A DNA stretch of 64,000 bases from the human T2T-CHM13v2.0 reference genome, Homo sapiens, in NCBI RefSeq assembly GCF_009914755.1, contig NC_060942.1, one strand, 5' to 3'. The notes beneath the pieces are model-generated. The model was not told where the DNA came from. It saw only the letters and a program-made list of their open reading frames with translations, and made no database searches. Numbering within the stretch: position 1 is the stretch's first letter; each line of letters starts with the position of its first letter. Position numbers and translations under genes: made by a program. Shown here piece by piece: positions 16,025 to 29,450 of this stretch.

Positions 16025-16240
16025 TGAGACACGACTTCCTGAGTTTCCATCCTGGATCCATCACTTGTTAGCAGTGTGATCTTAGATCTATAACCTAATC
16101 TCTCTGATTCTTTTCCTTCTCTGTAAAACAAAGTTAATACTGGTACCCACTTCAAAGGGCTGTGTGAGTTGAAATCTGTATAAAGCTCTTAGAATTATTA
16201 CTGGCTTATGTTAAGCATTATGGTTTTTTAAATTATTATT
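16025..16240 (+). mobile_element. MIR
   Basis: CACTTGTTAGCAGTGTGATCTT...TCTGTAAAA...GTACCCACTTCAAAGGGCTGTGTGAG...TAAAGCTCTTAGAA. Confidence 0.7.
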
Positions 16241-16409
16241 ATTTGTTCTTCAAACAAACCTATAAGTATTTGTTTTCCTTCTAGAAAGCAGGTCAGTATT
16301 ATTTAAAATAATATATGTTATGTACATTTACTTATTTACTTTATAAATGAAGAAACTTAATCAACAGCTAATAGATGAGTCAGAATGCAAACCAAGGTCT
16401 TTTGGCTCT

Positions 16410-16451
16410 AAAACTAGGTCCCTTTCCTCCAAAACTAGGTCCCTTTCCTCC
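16410..16451. repeat. perfect 21-bp tandem duplication
   Basis: AAAACTAGGTCCCTTTCCTCC x2. Confidence 0.95.
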
Positions 16452-16868
16452 ATACTACATGATGGTCAGGTTGTCAGATGCTACCCAAAGCTATTTATGG
16501 GCCTGCACTCCTCAGTCTGCTATTAAATATCTCAATCACATTCAACAGATGTCCAGCAAAAGTTCTTTGAGGTTTGTTTCATTTCGATTAACAGAGAAGT
16601 GCTGCAGCAGGGATCAGGATGGTGAGAAGTAACCTAAAAGCCACAATTCCATCATGCCATTTTTCCCAGTATTTCACCTTCACAGTCTATAGGTATCATC
16701 TGTTCCTATTGCTTTATTTATTTTTGGCTTTCTCAGAGTAACTTATTACTTCCACAAGATAGTTTGGACTTTAAAAGCATTTTTAATCTATTAAAGAAAT
16801 TTTTCTTAAGAGTTGCACTCTTCTCTTGACAATATAGGGTAATCATTTAATTATTTTTTGATAAAATC

Positions 16869-17000
16869 CTCTCTCTCTGTATATATGTGTATATATATAT
16901 AATGTATGTGTGTATATATAGTGTATATGCGTACACATGTGCATATATGTGTATGCATGTATATGTGTGTGTATATGTATATGTGTATAGAGAGAGAGAT
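16869..17000. repeat. compound (CT)/(TA)/(TG)/(GA) microsatellite
   Basis: Alternating purine-pyrimidine TATG/TG array bounded by a CT run and a GA run. Confidence 0.9.
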
Positions 17001-17051
17001 ACAAAGTTATAGTTGGGAATGTATTGAAAGATTCAGGATTGCTGCTTAGAC

Positions 17052-17273
17052 ATGGTTTTTTTTATTGATATTTGAGGCCAGATAATGCTTTCCTGTGAGG
17101 TGATGTCTTGTGCATTGTAGGATGTTTGACAGCATCCCTGGCCTCTACCCTCTACTGGATACCAGTAACACAGATTACCTCTCCCCCAGTTCTCAAACAA
17201 CCAAAAAATGTCTCCAGACATTACCAAATATCCCCTATGGGGAATAAAAATTGCCTTCAGATGACAACCAGTG
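17052..17273 (-). mobile_element. MER20 hAT-Charlie element
   Basis: TGTGCATTGTAGGATGTTT..CAGCATCCCTGGCCTCTACCC, AAAAATGTCTCCAGACATT.CCAAAT: reverse complement of MER20. Confidence 0.85.
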
Positions 17274-17649
17274 GGTTAGAGACTTGGAAATGTGATTGGT
17301 TTTATTTGTATGCATGAGACTGCTGATTTGTCTCCTTAAAATGTGAACTCTGTGCCTTTTTAGAAAAGTCTGTGCTGCTTATTATCAAATGGGTATGTTA
17401 TCAACTGAGTATAATTTTCCATATGCCTTTCAAATTTTCCAGGCATAAGAATAGAAATACAAATGTGATTGGCTCATTACCATTCAAATGGGAAATGAGA
17501 AGATCAAAGCTATATGAAATAAGTAGCTTGATCGAAAATAAGTGGAAATATTGCCATATTTAGATCTAAATTTTAGTGACATTGTACCCTATCAGTAAAA
17601 ATGTTTGAACATGAACTCCTCATCTATGTATATTTATTGGAAAACAAAT

Positions 17650-19345
<1,696 letters not shown>

Positions 19346-20339
19346 GAAAAAGATAAGATAAAGGTGAAATAAACCACGTTATATAGTATTAGTGATAATG
19401 GCTTAATACTGTCATATACATCAAAGTGCATTAAATACCTGAAAAGGTCATTATTGCCTTATTAGATATAGATTCATAGTTCAAATAGTCTTCTTAATAA
19501 CCTTTATTTTTTTTCCTGGCTTCACATCAGATCTGATTATATTGTCTTTTGAGAAGTAAGTTACCTTGTTAAGAATTCATTCTACAAAGATTGGAAATGT
19601 CTATTCTTCTATTTTCCTATTTGCTTAGACCTGCATATTACAATAATTATTTTCCACCTGCCATTTATTTGTAGGAATCTTTTTGAGGCACTTGTTCATT
19701 TTAAGAGGGATTTTTAACATAAGGTAATCTGTGTCTGTGTAACCAGGCACATGTAAGCTACCAGATACTGCAGCATGCTGAAAACAGTCAACAAACCAGT
19801 AAGAGCTCCACTGGCTTCCCTTGGCATCTTAGGACTCTACACTCATTTCAGGAAGCTTTGCATGTGGACCATAAGTGACACCCAACCTCCGACTTTCAAT
19901 AGAGGAAGGGTGCCAGAAGCAATCTGTGTTGTAAACATTAATAGAGTTAAGTGTCTTTCATATCTGTTCTAGATGAAATTATTATTATAAAAAGAAGTCC
20001 AACATTTTCATCTTGAACACTAAAGGATCTTTCTCGATAGCTGCGGTGGTATTTGCCAGTTCAGAGACCACTAGTTTAAAGAATAAAGCCATGTGTGGAT
20101 CAAAAAGACTTGATACACTGCATTGCAGGTAGAAAGGACCAGGCAGTGAGAAAGCCAGCAAGGTGCTGCGTAGAATTTAGGTTAACTGAATGCTACAGGC
20201 CTTCTGTATCTTGCTTATGACCCCTAAACCCAGTTACTAGCTAATTGAGAAAGTCCTAGAAATGAAGACATCATCATATCTAAACATCCAAGTTGTACCA
20301 AATAGCAACTCCTTAGGTCCAATTTATCTCTTTCCTTTT

Positions 20340-20780
20340 TATTAAGTAAACATTTCCTTAAAGTATAACACACAGATGGAAAAGTGCATATGTCATAAAT
20401 AAACAGCTCAATGAAATTACTAAAAAGGAAAACACTGGCATAAACGGTCCCCAGATCAAGATATAGAATGTTACTAGCACTTGTCAGGCCCTCTTGTTCC
20501 CACTTTTCTAATTCTGTTCCATGGAGAACCACTATCCTGACTTCTGATACCATAAATTAATGCTTATTTGGGGGTTTAATTTTAAAGGGATTAGGAAATA
20601 CATAGTGTTCTGGGTCTGGTTTTATCCATGCCATTGATTATGCTTGTAGTTCATTCATTCTCATTGCTGCATATTATTCTTTTAAATTATTATACCACAA
20701 TTTATTTTATTGTTGATGGACATTTTTTCCTTCACTTTTGACTATTATGAATAGTGCTGTTAAATACATTCTTACATTCT
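20340..20780 (-). mobile_element. L1ME-like 3' end fragment
   Basis: AAAGTGCATATGTCATAA...CAGCTCAATGAA, CCCAGATCAAGATATAGAA, ACCACTATCCTGACTTCT, TTCATTCTCATTGCTG. Confidence 0.75.
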
Positions 20781-22994
20781 CCTCTATTCTTATTCCAGAT
20801 TGTGGCATTTTTTTCCTGTAAACTGTGGTACTAATTTCCCTAAAAAATCTTTGATACCTTATATTGAAAAAAGAAAAAGCAATCCTCCTAGAAACAATTA
20901 GCTTTCTTATCTATACAGTAATACAAATAATTCCTGATCATCTATAGAGTTTGAGTCCAAAGGCTATGATAGCATGAGGCTGAGTAAATATGGGATGTTG
21001 AATGAGCCCTCTAGGTCTGAGATTCCGTAAGAAAAAGCCATTGCCATGTGCTGGGAGGGGTCAGGGTAGAGTTCCCAAGGAAAGGTGGAACCCAGAGTTT
21101 GGACCTTGCAAGTTGCAATATGTATTTACAAGGAAGAGTAGTGGTTCAAAGCAAGAGAAATATAAAAAGGCATGGAATGAAAATATTATTGGCTTGGGTT
21201 GAACGGATTAGAATAGGATAAAGTGTAAATTACTCCTTGTGTCGTTTCCTCTTTGATTCTCCAATTTACAGGAAGGTAGTCATAGAATAACACTGAAATC
21301 CTTCTGACTTGGTGTATCTTAGAAAATAAAACAAAACTGTGCTAGTCTCAGAAAAAGGGCAGTGCAGAAAGTAGATCTGAATACATGTGAAATGAGCCGG
21401 CATGATGAATATTTGTCTGTTCTCACTTTCTCTTCTCTGTTCTCGTGTGTATGTGCCCACTTGCAAAGTGAACAGTGATGGTAATTATTAAAACCATTCT
21501 TTGCTCATAAACTGAGAATGTTTGAAAACAGAGCCAGAGAGACAAAAATGACTGGACCCCTATGGTGCATTTTTGTTTTATTTGCTTTTACGAAAATATC
21601 TACCTGCCTCTACATACTGGGTTGAGGCTCCTTCTCACCTTACCCTTCTCTCAGGCAGATTAATCACCTGTCTAAGCATTTGAGGTCCTGATTAATTTGT
21701 AACCCTAAATGAAGGCCAGAGAATGCTAACCATGTCCTCTGAGTTGAAACAGTTTTCAGTAGGTGGATGAAAACCCATCTTGCTAATTATAGTTTTGGAT
21801 AACAGATTAAAATATGTAGAAAGGTTTCCTCCTTAGATGATTAGATCTTTCTGAATGACAACTTTTCTATTTATTAGCTCTGCATGCCTTAGAAAAAATG
21901 TGCTTGTGTGGGAGAGCTCCAGAATGTAGCTGCCAGATTGGGAGCAGACCTTGTATTCACGTGTGCCTTTCTGAAGCTCAGTTTACAGCTTTCCTAGGTT
22001 TATCTGTTCTGTGCCTGGGTTTTGCTTATAAAGTAAGGTCTTGCATGCCTCAAGAAGTGGACTTTGTTAAGTGCAGTGCAGTTAAGATCTGCAGTGCAGT
22101 GGGGACTTTTTTCTTTATATAATTTTTTAAAAAGAAGCTGATGGGAGAAATAAGAGGGAATGGATGCTTATGTGTAGATTTTGCTGATATAGGAGAAGAA
22201 AAGATAACTGTGTTTTGAAAAGACATGTGCAATAGTTTAATCATTTCCACTAGCTTTACTAGTTAGGATATCTGGATAAGTTGCAATGAGGGACAGGCAA
22301 TGGGATGGGGGAAAGTAAGAGAGGAACAGGTAAAGCAAAGTTAAAAGAAATGGAAGGAATTTGGTTATGTTTGCCTCTTTGTGTTGAATCTTTTTGCTCT
22401 AAATCAGGGTTTTTGCAGGTTTATAAAGTGGAGCCCAGGAGGGATCCACCTCAGCTGTTATCAGGCCATGACTATGTAATGTGGAACTGAGGATGGAAAT
22501 AATAGGATGGCTGACATCTGGCTAATTGCCATTGCAATTGAAAGCTGCCTGACAGTTGTGTGAAAATTGCTTGGAGATGAAGAACTTTCAATGAACCATG
22601 ATGGACAGAAGTATCTGAGCAAAGAAACAGTGGGCAATGAAAAAGATGGCCTGGAGGACAGGGAGGAAACTGCCTGTCATATTCTCTCCTCTCTTGTCTT
22701 CTCCTCCCATTGTATCTCAAGAGTAAAAGCTTACTCAGTTAATGGCAAGTTATTTTCAAAGAGAAAACAGAAAGCAGAGGTTTGCAAGTCTGGAGTTACA
22801 TTAATTTGCCTTAATTTTGCCTTCACCCAAAGCCTACTGAAGCACCAGTCATCCAAGGGTCTCTTCCTAAACCAGTGCTTCCAAGCTGCTCAGTTCCCAA
22901 GCCCTCAAAACATGAGCCCCCAGTGCTGCCCTCCACAGTGACAACTCCGTCGTCCTCCTCCAAGCACCTAGTGCTGAGAAGTGACTTCTGAATT

Positions 22995-23042
22995 GTCAAG
23001 ACATTTCCTATGAATGGTCAAGACATTTCCTATGAATGGTCA
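22995..23042. repeat. perfect 22-bp tandem duplication
   Basis: GTCAAGACATTTCCTATGAATG x2 followed by GTCA. Confidence 0.95.
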
Positions 23043-24088
23043 CTCCCAGAACAGGCTTGCCGAACCCTGTAGCATAAGTGGTTACTGCTATAATCAGTAA
23101 ATCCAAGTTAACTTACCTAATCAACATTGTCTCCTTCATCTCTTCCCATCCTCTCAACAGAGGCTTCTCAGGTAATACATACACATTTTAATTTTGGCTG
23201 TGTGGAAACCATTGTTGATCATTAAATAGAGTAATATTAATGGTAGGGTTTCCCGGAGATGTCCAAGATTGTGGATAATGGTCCTAAAGAAGAAATTTGC
23301 GGGGAGGCCTTGCTTTATGAAACCCTTCACACCACCCCTGACTTGTGAGGAGGGAATAGCTGCCTACTGCCTGATCCAGTTCTTTTTATGTCCCTATAAA
23401 TACAGTCGTTCAGATTGAGTTTTAAATACTTTTTGTTATATTATGACAAGGTTTTTTTTAAGAATTTAGGCAATGATTTTTTTTTTTTTAATTTAGAATT
23501 TCCTAATAGTGTTAAGGGCCAGAGAATCAAAGTATTCTTTCCATTTTATAACATTGGTTAAAAGTGCCTTACAATAATAGTTTGTGTTTTGCTGCTTTAG
23601 TTAGTGTTCTCATGCATGAGTTACACTGCTGTGGTCAAAACCTGTAAACAAATTCTTTGGACTTACAAACAGTTTTGGAAATTGCCATATACTGTCCTGA
23701 CAAGTAATTTTACTTTCTGTTTAATTATGCAAACTTAAGGGGACTATTGAAGAAAAATAGTGTATTTTTCAGGCCAAAAATATACATGGTGGTATATTTA
23801 AAGCCAAAAATTCTGTTGAGAGAATTCATTTTGTCTAGGAAACATTCGTATTCTTTTTCTCGCTTTGCATGTGTACATTCAGACTATGATGCTCAGGATT
23901 TGAAAAAAAATGCATACTTGAATTGTGAATTTTTTTTTGAGATTTAACTAAGTTAATTTTTGTAATTAGAGGAAATTAATAAAATATTTTGGAAGAAACT
24001 TAAATTTATATGTCAACCTCTGGGTCAAATAGATTCATTTGAGGTTCACATTTAAACTCCCATCATGTTCACTGAATAATTTTAAGGC

Positions 24089-24365
24089 TGTTTTAGTCAT
24101 CTTGGGCTGCCATAACAAAACACCATGGACTGTTTGCTTTAAACGACAAAAATTTATTGTCTCAGTTCCAGAGGCTGGGAAGTCCAAGATCAAGGTCTGG
24201 TAGGGTTCAGTTTTCAGTGAGGGCTTTGTTTCTGGCTTGCAGATGGCCACCTTCTTACTGTGTGCCTACATGGCCCCATCACCAAATGCCATCACTTTGG
24301 GAGTTAGAGGTTCAATATATTCGTGGCAGGGTGGGGCAGGGGATATCAACATTCAGTCTATAACA
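24089..24365 (-). mobile_element. MLT1A-like MaLR solo LTR with perfect 5-bp TSD
   Basis: TG...CA termini; GGGCTGCCATAACAAAA, GAGGCTGGGAAGTCCAAGATCAAGG; AAGGC on both sides (24084-88, 24366-70). Confidence 0.88.
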
Positions 24366-25238
24366 AAGGCCTTAGGACTCTGCTGATAAACTCTGTATTT
24401 GTCTTCAGTTTGGGGGAGGTATACAGGAATCTGGGTTACACTAGTTTGAGGAAGTTATCGTAATTTTAAAACTAAACTGGAAAAGGTGAATGGTTTTCTC
24501 CATAGGTTGTTTATTAATAAACAGCAGCTTTCTCTTCTATGTTGACTAAAGGTGACATAAAACTTCATATTGATTAGTAGCTGAGTTTCTATCCCTCATC
24601 CTACTACTGCCTCTCCAGCCAAAGCAAATTGCAGAGTTAAGATGGCACTCAATAAATATTTGTTGGAAGGATTAATGAATAAATGAATAATTTAGGCAAA
24701 ATCTATCAAGCCTAAAAAAATAATCCTCAATCTTATTCAGTAAACATTGTCTGCAAGCTGACTTTGAAAAAGAGCAATGGAATAGAAATGCCCAAATTTT
24801 AAGAAGGTGATGACTTAGTTGAAAAACTGAGAGATAGAATAAAATTACTAAATAATCATAAGGCAATAATAGATTAAGACATAGTTTTGGGTTACTCATG
24901 GATAATTACATGGTCCAGGGATAATTATCTACAGATACATCCATGGCAGTATCTACCTGTACATGGTTTTACCATTTCTATGGCATAATTTTTATTTGGT
25001 TCAAGATAAAATCAAATAAATTTTTACAGGCATTTTGTCTAGATCTAGATTCCATGGAAATTATGGACATTCCCATCGTTAGACACAATAACCAAGCTGA
25101 GAGATGCCTCCTCTTGTTCTCTTCCAGGTGTAGTATCTTAGTGCTGTCCAAGGACTACACCAAATTCTCAATGAGACCCCCTGATCCAGAACTAACAACA
25201 CTCTCCCGAAAATCTCTCCTTTTTTCTTTCTCTAATTT

Positions 25239-25354
25239 CAGAGTGCCAGATAAAATATAGGATACCCAGTTAAATTTTAGAAAACAAGTACTGCATATTG
25301 CGTTATTTACTTATATCAAAAGTATCCTATTTTTATTTGCCGAATTGGCAACCT
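25239..25354. mobile_element. MER53-like palindromic hAT MITE, internally deleted
   Basis: TGCCAGATAAAATATAGGATACCCAGTTAAATT ... ATCCTATTTTTATTTGC...TGGCAACC; the ends are inverted copies. Confidence 0.7.
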
Positions 25355-25824
25355 TTCTCTAAGCCTGTCCCAAGTGCCACTTTATCATTGCATTGTAATT
25401 TTAACCACCCTTCAAAACACAGTCTATTTGAAAGAAAGGATTGCAGTCATGTATAAATGTCTCATAGCTAGATTAATGTATAGTCATTAAACTAAGTATG
25501 TTTGTATATTTATCCAGAGGATCAGTCTTCTGGAGGTTAATTTTGAATATAAATATTTTATAGTACCCCACCTCAAGAGAGAATTGATACTTTCTTCTCA
25601 AGTTTGAATGGTCAAGAAGAGGTTGGGTGTGACAATCATTGCAGATCTGTAAGAGTGGTAATTCTAGCACCACAGTTTGAGAACGGGACCCAGCTATAGA
25701 AAGCATGTGATAGTCATGGCCACAGACTAAAATTATTCTGGTAACATTGGTATGAAGTGATTGTTTGTTCTGATGTGCAGAAACATTTATCTTTTTATTT
25801 ACTTACTGTCCTCTGAAATGTGGA

Positions 25825-25935
25825 TGAAGAACACTGGGTTAGGAGTAAGGAAACCTAGATCTTATTCCCAGATCTGCCATTGTTTTTTAGGTGGTCTCAA
25901 GTGTACTGGGCCTTAGTTTCTCACTTGCAGATTCT
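25825..25935 (+). mobile_element. MIR fragment
   Basis: AGAACACTGGG.TAGGAGT.AGGAAACCT.GAT.T.ATTCCCAG.TCTGCCA...CTGGGCCTTAGTTTC. Confidence 0.55.
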
Positions 25936-25964
25936 ACATGATTGCATCTCAACTTTATATAAGA

Positions 25965-26115
25965 AGCAGCTGAGGTGTCTAGGGGAACATGGAGATTTCT
26001 GGGTTTCCCATCAGACATTTTGATTCTGGCACCCTAGGAGTGGGCCAGGATGATGAATATTTTTAACAAGCACACAAGTTGATCAAATGCAAGTAGTTCT
26101 GTACCATGTTGGCAA
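25965..26115. mobile_element. MER5-like fragment
   Basis: GATTTCTGGG..CCCATC.AGA...TGATTC...CTAGGAGTGGGCCAGGA...TTTTTAACAAGCAC. Confidence 0.5.
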
Positions 26116-27684
26116 ACTTAGAGTAGATGACCTCTCAGTCCCTTTCTATTTAGTTTTACAAATGTGGACATCTGTGATTCAAAGAAATAAACAAACTTGT
26201 TTATCTAGAAGTGTGTTTTCACTTTTTAGAAACAAATTGTTTATTTTAGAAAAATCAAAAAATATAGAAACATAAAAAAGCATCCATTAGAAGTTTAAAT
26301 GTCTTATAACAATCCCACAAAATGCACAAAAGCTAATTTCAAAAGCTGCATTAACTCTACATTGTGAATGCCTCTGGTTACTTGTTTATTGGGCAACTTA
26401 ATCTAAAAAGGTTCTTTCATGAATTTTCATCAATTTTGCAACAAAGCCCTGTTGCAAATTGTGAATTATGCATTAACATATGTTCATGCTAATTTATACA
26501 CTGGTGACAGGTTTTTGGCATGGGATCAATAACTTACAATTACAATTTTTAAAGTTTGTTTATTAATACCAGCAGGGACTTGGGATTATCATTTAGTTAA
26601 CAATGTGTAATTTGAACCCAATTTTTTAAAAAGAGCAAGTTCTGCCGTTGTCTTAAGTCAGTATATTTGTCCAAGGAACAACAAATGAATCTGAAACTAA
26701 CAAGATAAATGCTTCCTGCTCTTCTCAATTAATAATTTTTATAGTTCCGTAAGATTGTCTGATGTTGGTGTCTTGTCATCAGACGTAAATGTGGGGTGTT
26801 GTTACACCAAGTTTCTCTAATATCTAAATAATTATAGGCAAGCCTATTTAGGTCACAATACTTAAAGATAAAAATTATAATTTCAACTAGCTGCTTCTGA
26901 AAATTTAATGTGATGCTTCATTTCTTTATGCATATTCTTTAAAGTTAAGACAAAAAATTCCTAAAAAGAAATCAGAATAATCTTAAGAAGCTTCAATAGT
27001 ATGTTTCTCTCTCTCCAGCATGCTTTTATTTAAACACATTGGTTTGTAAATAAACCTTCTTTTGAAAAGCCCTGGTATACAAAAAATATTCTAACAAAAC
27101 AAGTAAATTAGAGGTTGATTATTTGCAATGCTTCAAACATTTTCTGCTTTAAAAGTATAACTGCATTTCCCTTGAAGAAGCTCCTGCTTATTACACTGAA
27201 ATGGGATTTGTCTCAAATAATTTTATGCCAACTTTTTGGAAGCACATTGTTATGTAAGTGGAAGCTCAGCTTTTCTATACACAGCAGCAAGTATTTGATC
27301 AATCACTATTACTAATTTGTAGAGCGGTTTTAGCTACCACATCTGACAATTATATTTCAATATTTATTTTATAAAAATGAAGTTACTAAGAATAAATCAA
27401 GTATATGCTCACTTTATCCCTCTGGTGATGAACAGTGGAGCCAAAGGGAGTGCATGAGCTTTGAGTATGCCTGCTGTTCATCCTTATTAACAACTTTGCA
27501 GGTGTGCCTTGCTGGTGGTGGGAGAGGTAGGAAAGAAAAGAGCATATTTTTCTAATTAGCAGTTCTATATCAGATAGCATATAATAGAAGGCCAAGGGTA
27601 ATTATTCCTATGCCCACAATAGGAATTTTTAGGTTTTTAGATTTTTTTTTATTTTTGGTCATAGAAGGAATACAATTTTGAATA

Positions 27685-27835
27685 GCAGAGAGCTGATTTT
27701 AAATCTTGGTTCTCTCCATTGTTAATAGTGTCAAGGTATGTATCTTCTCTGAGATTTTGCTTCTTATCTTTAAAATAAACATGATAATGCTCTGTTTAGT
27801 GGGTTCTTGTAAGAATAAAGTTAAATTATCCTCAT
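27685..27835 (+). mobile_element. MIR fragment
   Basis: TTTAAATCTTGGTTCT..CCA, CTTCTCTGAG..TT.GCTTC.TTATCTTTAAAAT, GGGTTCTTGTAAGAATAAA. Confidence 0.55.
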
Positions 27836-28153
27836 ATATATATCCTTACCATTCTCTCGTATTTAGGAGGCAATTAATCAACATTTAAGTGCACATTTCC
27901 ATCCACTCTGAAATAATGAAGCTGTCTCTGTGGTCCTGATTTGAAACCAAAGCTTTCTATGTCCCCTATAGCCACTAGGATGTCTAGTCTATATGATATC
28001 ATTCTGTATCTGTTGGTAGGTTGCTTTACGTTTGTTAGTAAACCTGTATGGTCATCCAAACTAGCCTGGTAGAACCTTTAGCCCCTTTCATGCCCATCTT
28101 CCACCCTCTGCACCACAACTTCCCTACTCCTACCCATCTGTAGCAATCTGTCA

Positions 28154-28372
28154 CAAGCATTGTCAAACTGTGGCCTGTGGGCCAAATCCAGCCACTCACA
28201 TGCTTTTGTAAATAAAGATTTATCTAGATATAGTCATCCCCATTCATTTACACAAAGTGGATGGCTGCTTTTGAACTGCAATGGTTGGGATGAGTAGTTG
28301 TAAGAAATCTGACCGCATAAAGCCTAAATTATTCACTATTTAACCATTTGCAGAAAATGTCTGTAGACTCTG
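28154..28372. mobile_element. MER58A hAT-Charlie element
   Basis: CAAACTGTGGCCTGTGGGCCAAATCCAGCC, TTTTGTAAATAAAG, GGCTGCTTT, AAAGCCTAAA.TATT.ACTAT. Confidence 0.8.
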
Positions 28373-28589
28373 GTCAATTACCTAATAGAGTATAACTAGG
28401 GTTTTTAAATATGGTTGATTAAAAATTAAATACTTGTTGACAAATAGATGCTGATTAAGTGGAGAACAGAAAAATGTGATAGTTATTGTCATAGACAGAT
28501 CTTAACTCTCCTACTAAGAATGATGACAATAAGGACAGAAAGACAAAGTAATTTAAGAGAAATAACGGAAAGATGGAAGCCAAAGATGA

Positions 28590-28700
28590 TGAATCCTCCA
28601 TTAACTGCTATTGCACCTTATTTGAGTTATGTTATCTTTGTTAGCCTCAGTTTTCTTATCTGCCAAATGAAAATAATAATTTCTGCTCAACCTAACACCC
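28590..28700 (+). mobile_element. MIR fragment
   Basis: GCCTCAGTTTTCTTATCTGCCAAATGAAAATAATAA core. Confidence 0.6.
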
Positions 28701-29249
28701 TAAGGTCCAAATGCACATTGCACTAACTAATGATATTCTTACATTATGTAACCTTTATTTTCTTTATATAATAATGACTCCTAACTTAAATTTAGAATTC
28801 AAGATGCATTCATTCTTCTTTTCTAAAAGTTTCATAAGAAGTGGTGGTTGTCCTTGTAGGAAAAGCTAGGTGTGAGTTGAGCAAAGACAAAGAAGTATCT
28901 TTAGACAGTGTTTGAGGATTTAGTAAACCTTATCTGACAGGGAACAAAATTTCTGGCAGGCCCAGTGGAGAGAAAGAAGGGAGAGTGTGTGTCAGATAAA
29001 AGAAAGCAGAGCTTGGAGAAAGAGGAACTAAGGGGAGGAGACAGATGGCCAATGGCCTTGCAATGAGAATATTGAGTATGGTGAATTATTAGCTGTTCAG
29101 TGTTCCCAACAAAATCAGTGACAGCAGCCCCTGATATATAGGCAATCAAAGGCAAGGTCTTCAGACACTGCAAGGGGCTAGAAAACCTGGTAGTTGGTAA
29201 ACAACAATTCAGAACATTTGATTTTTAAGAGGCTTCTGAGGGCCACGAA

Positions 29250-29450
29250 ATGGGCACTGATCTAGAATGCAGAAACCATTAGATTTAAGGCCAGCCTTTT
29301 CTATCTCATGTCATCATGGGTAAGTCTCAGTTTCTTCATTTGTAGATTTAGAATATCTTCCTTAGGTACTTCATGAGACTTCAAAGAATTTAATGAGGTA
29401 ATTTGTGTGAACATGTTTTGAAAACTCAATTATAGGCCCGTATTATTATT
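29250..29450 (+). mobile_element. MIR fragment
   Basis: GTCTCAGTTTCTTCATTTGTA, TAATGAGGTAATTTGTGTGAA. Confidence 0.55.
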
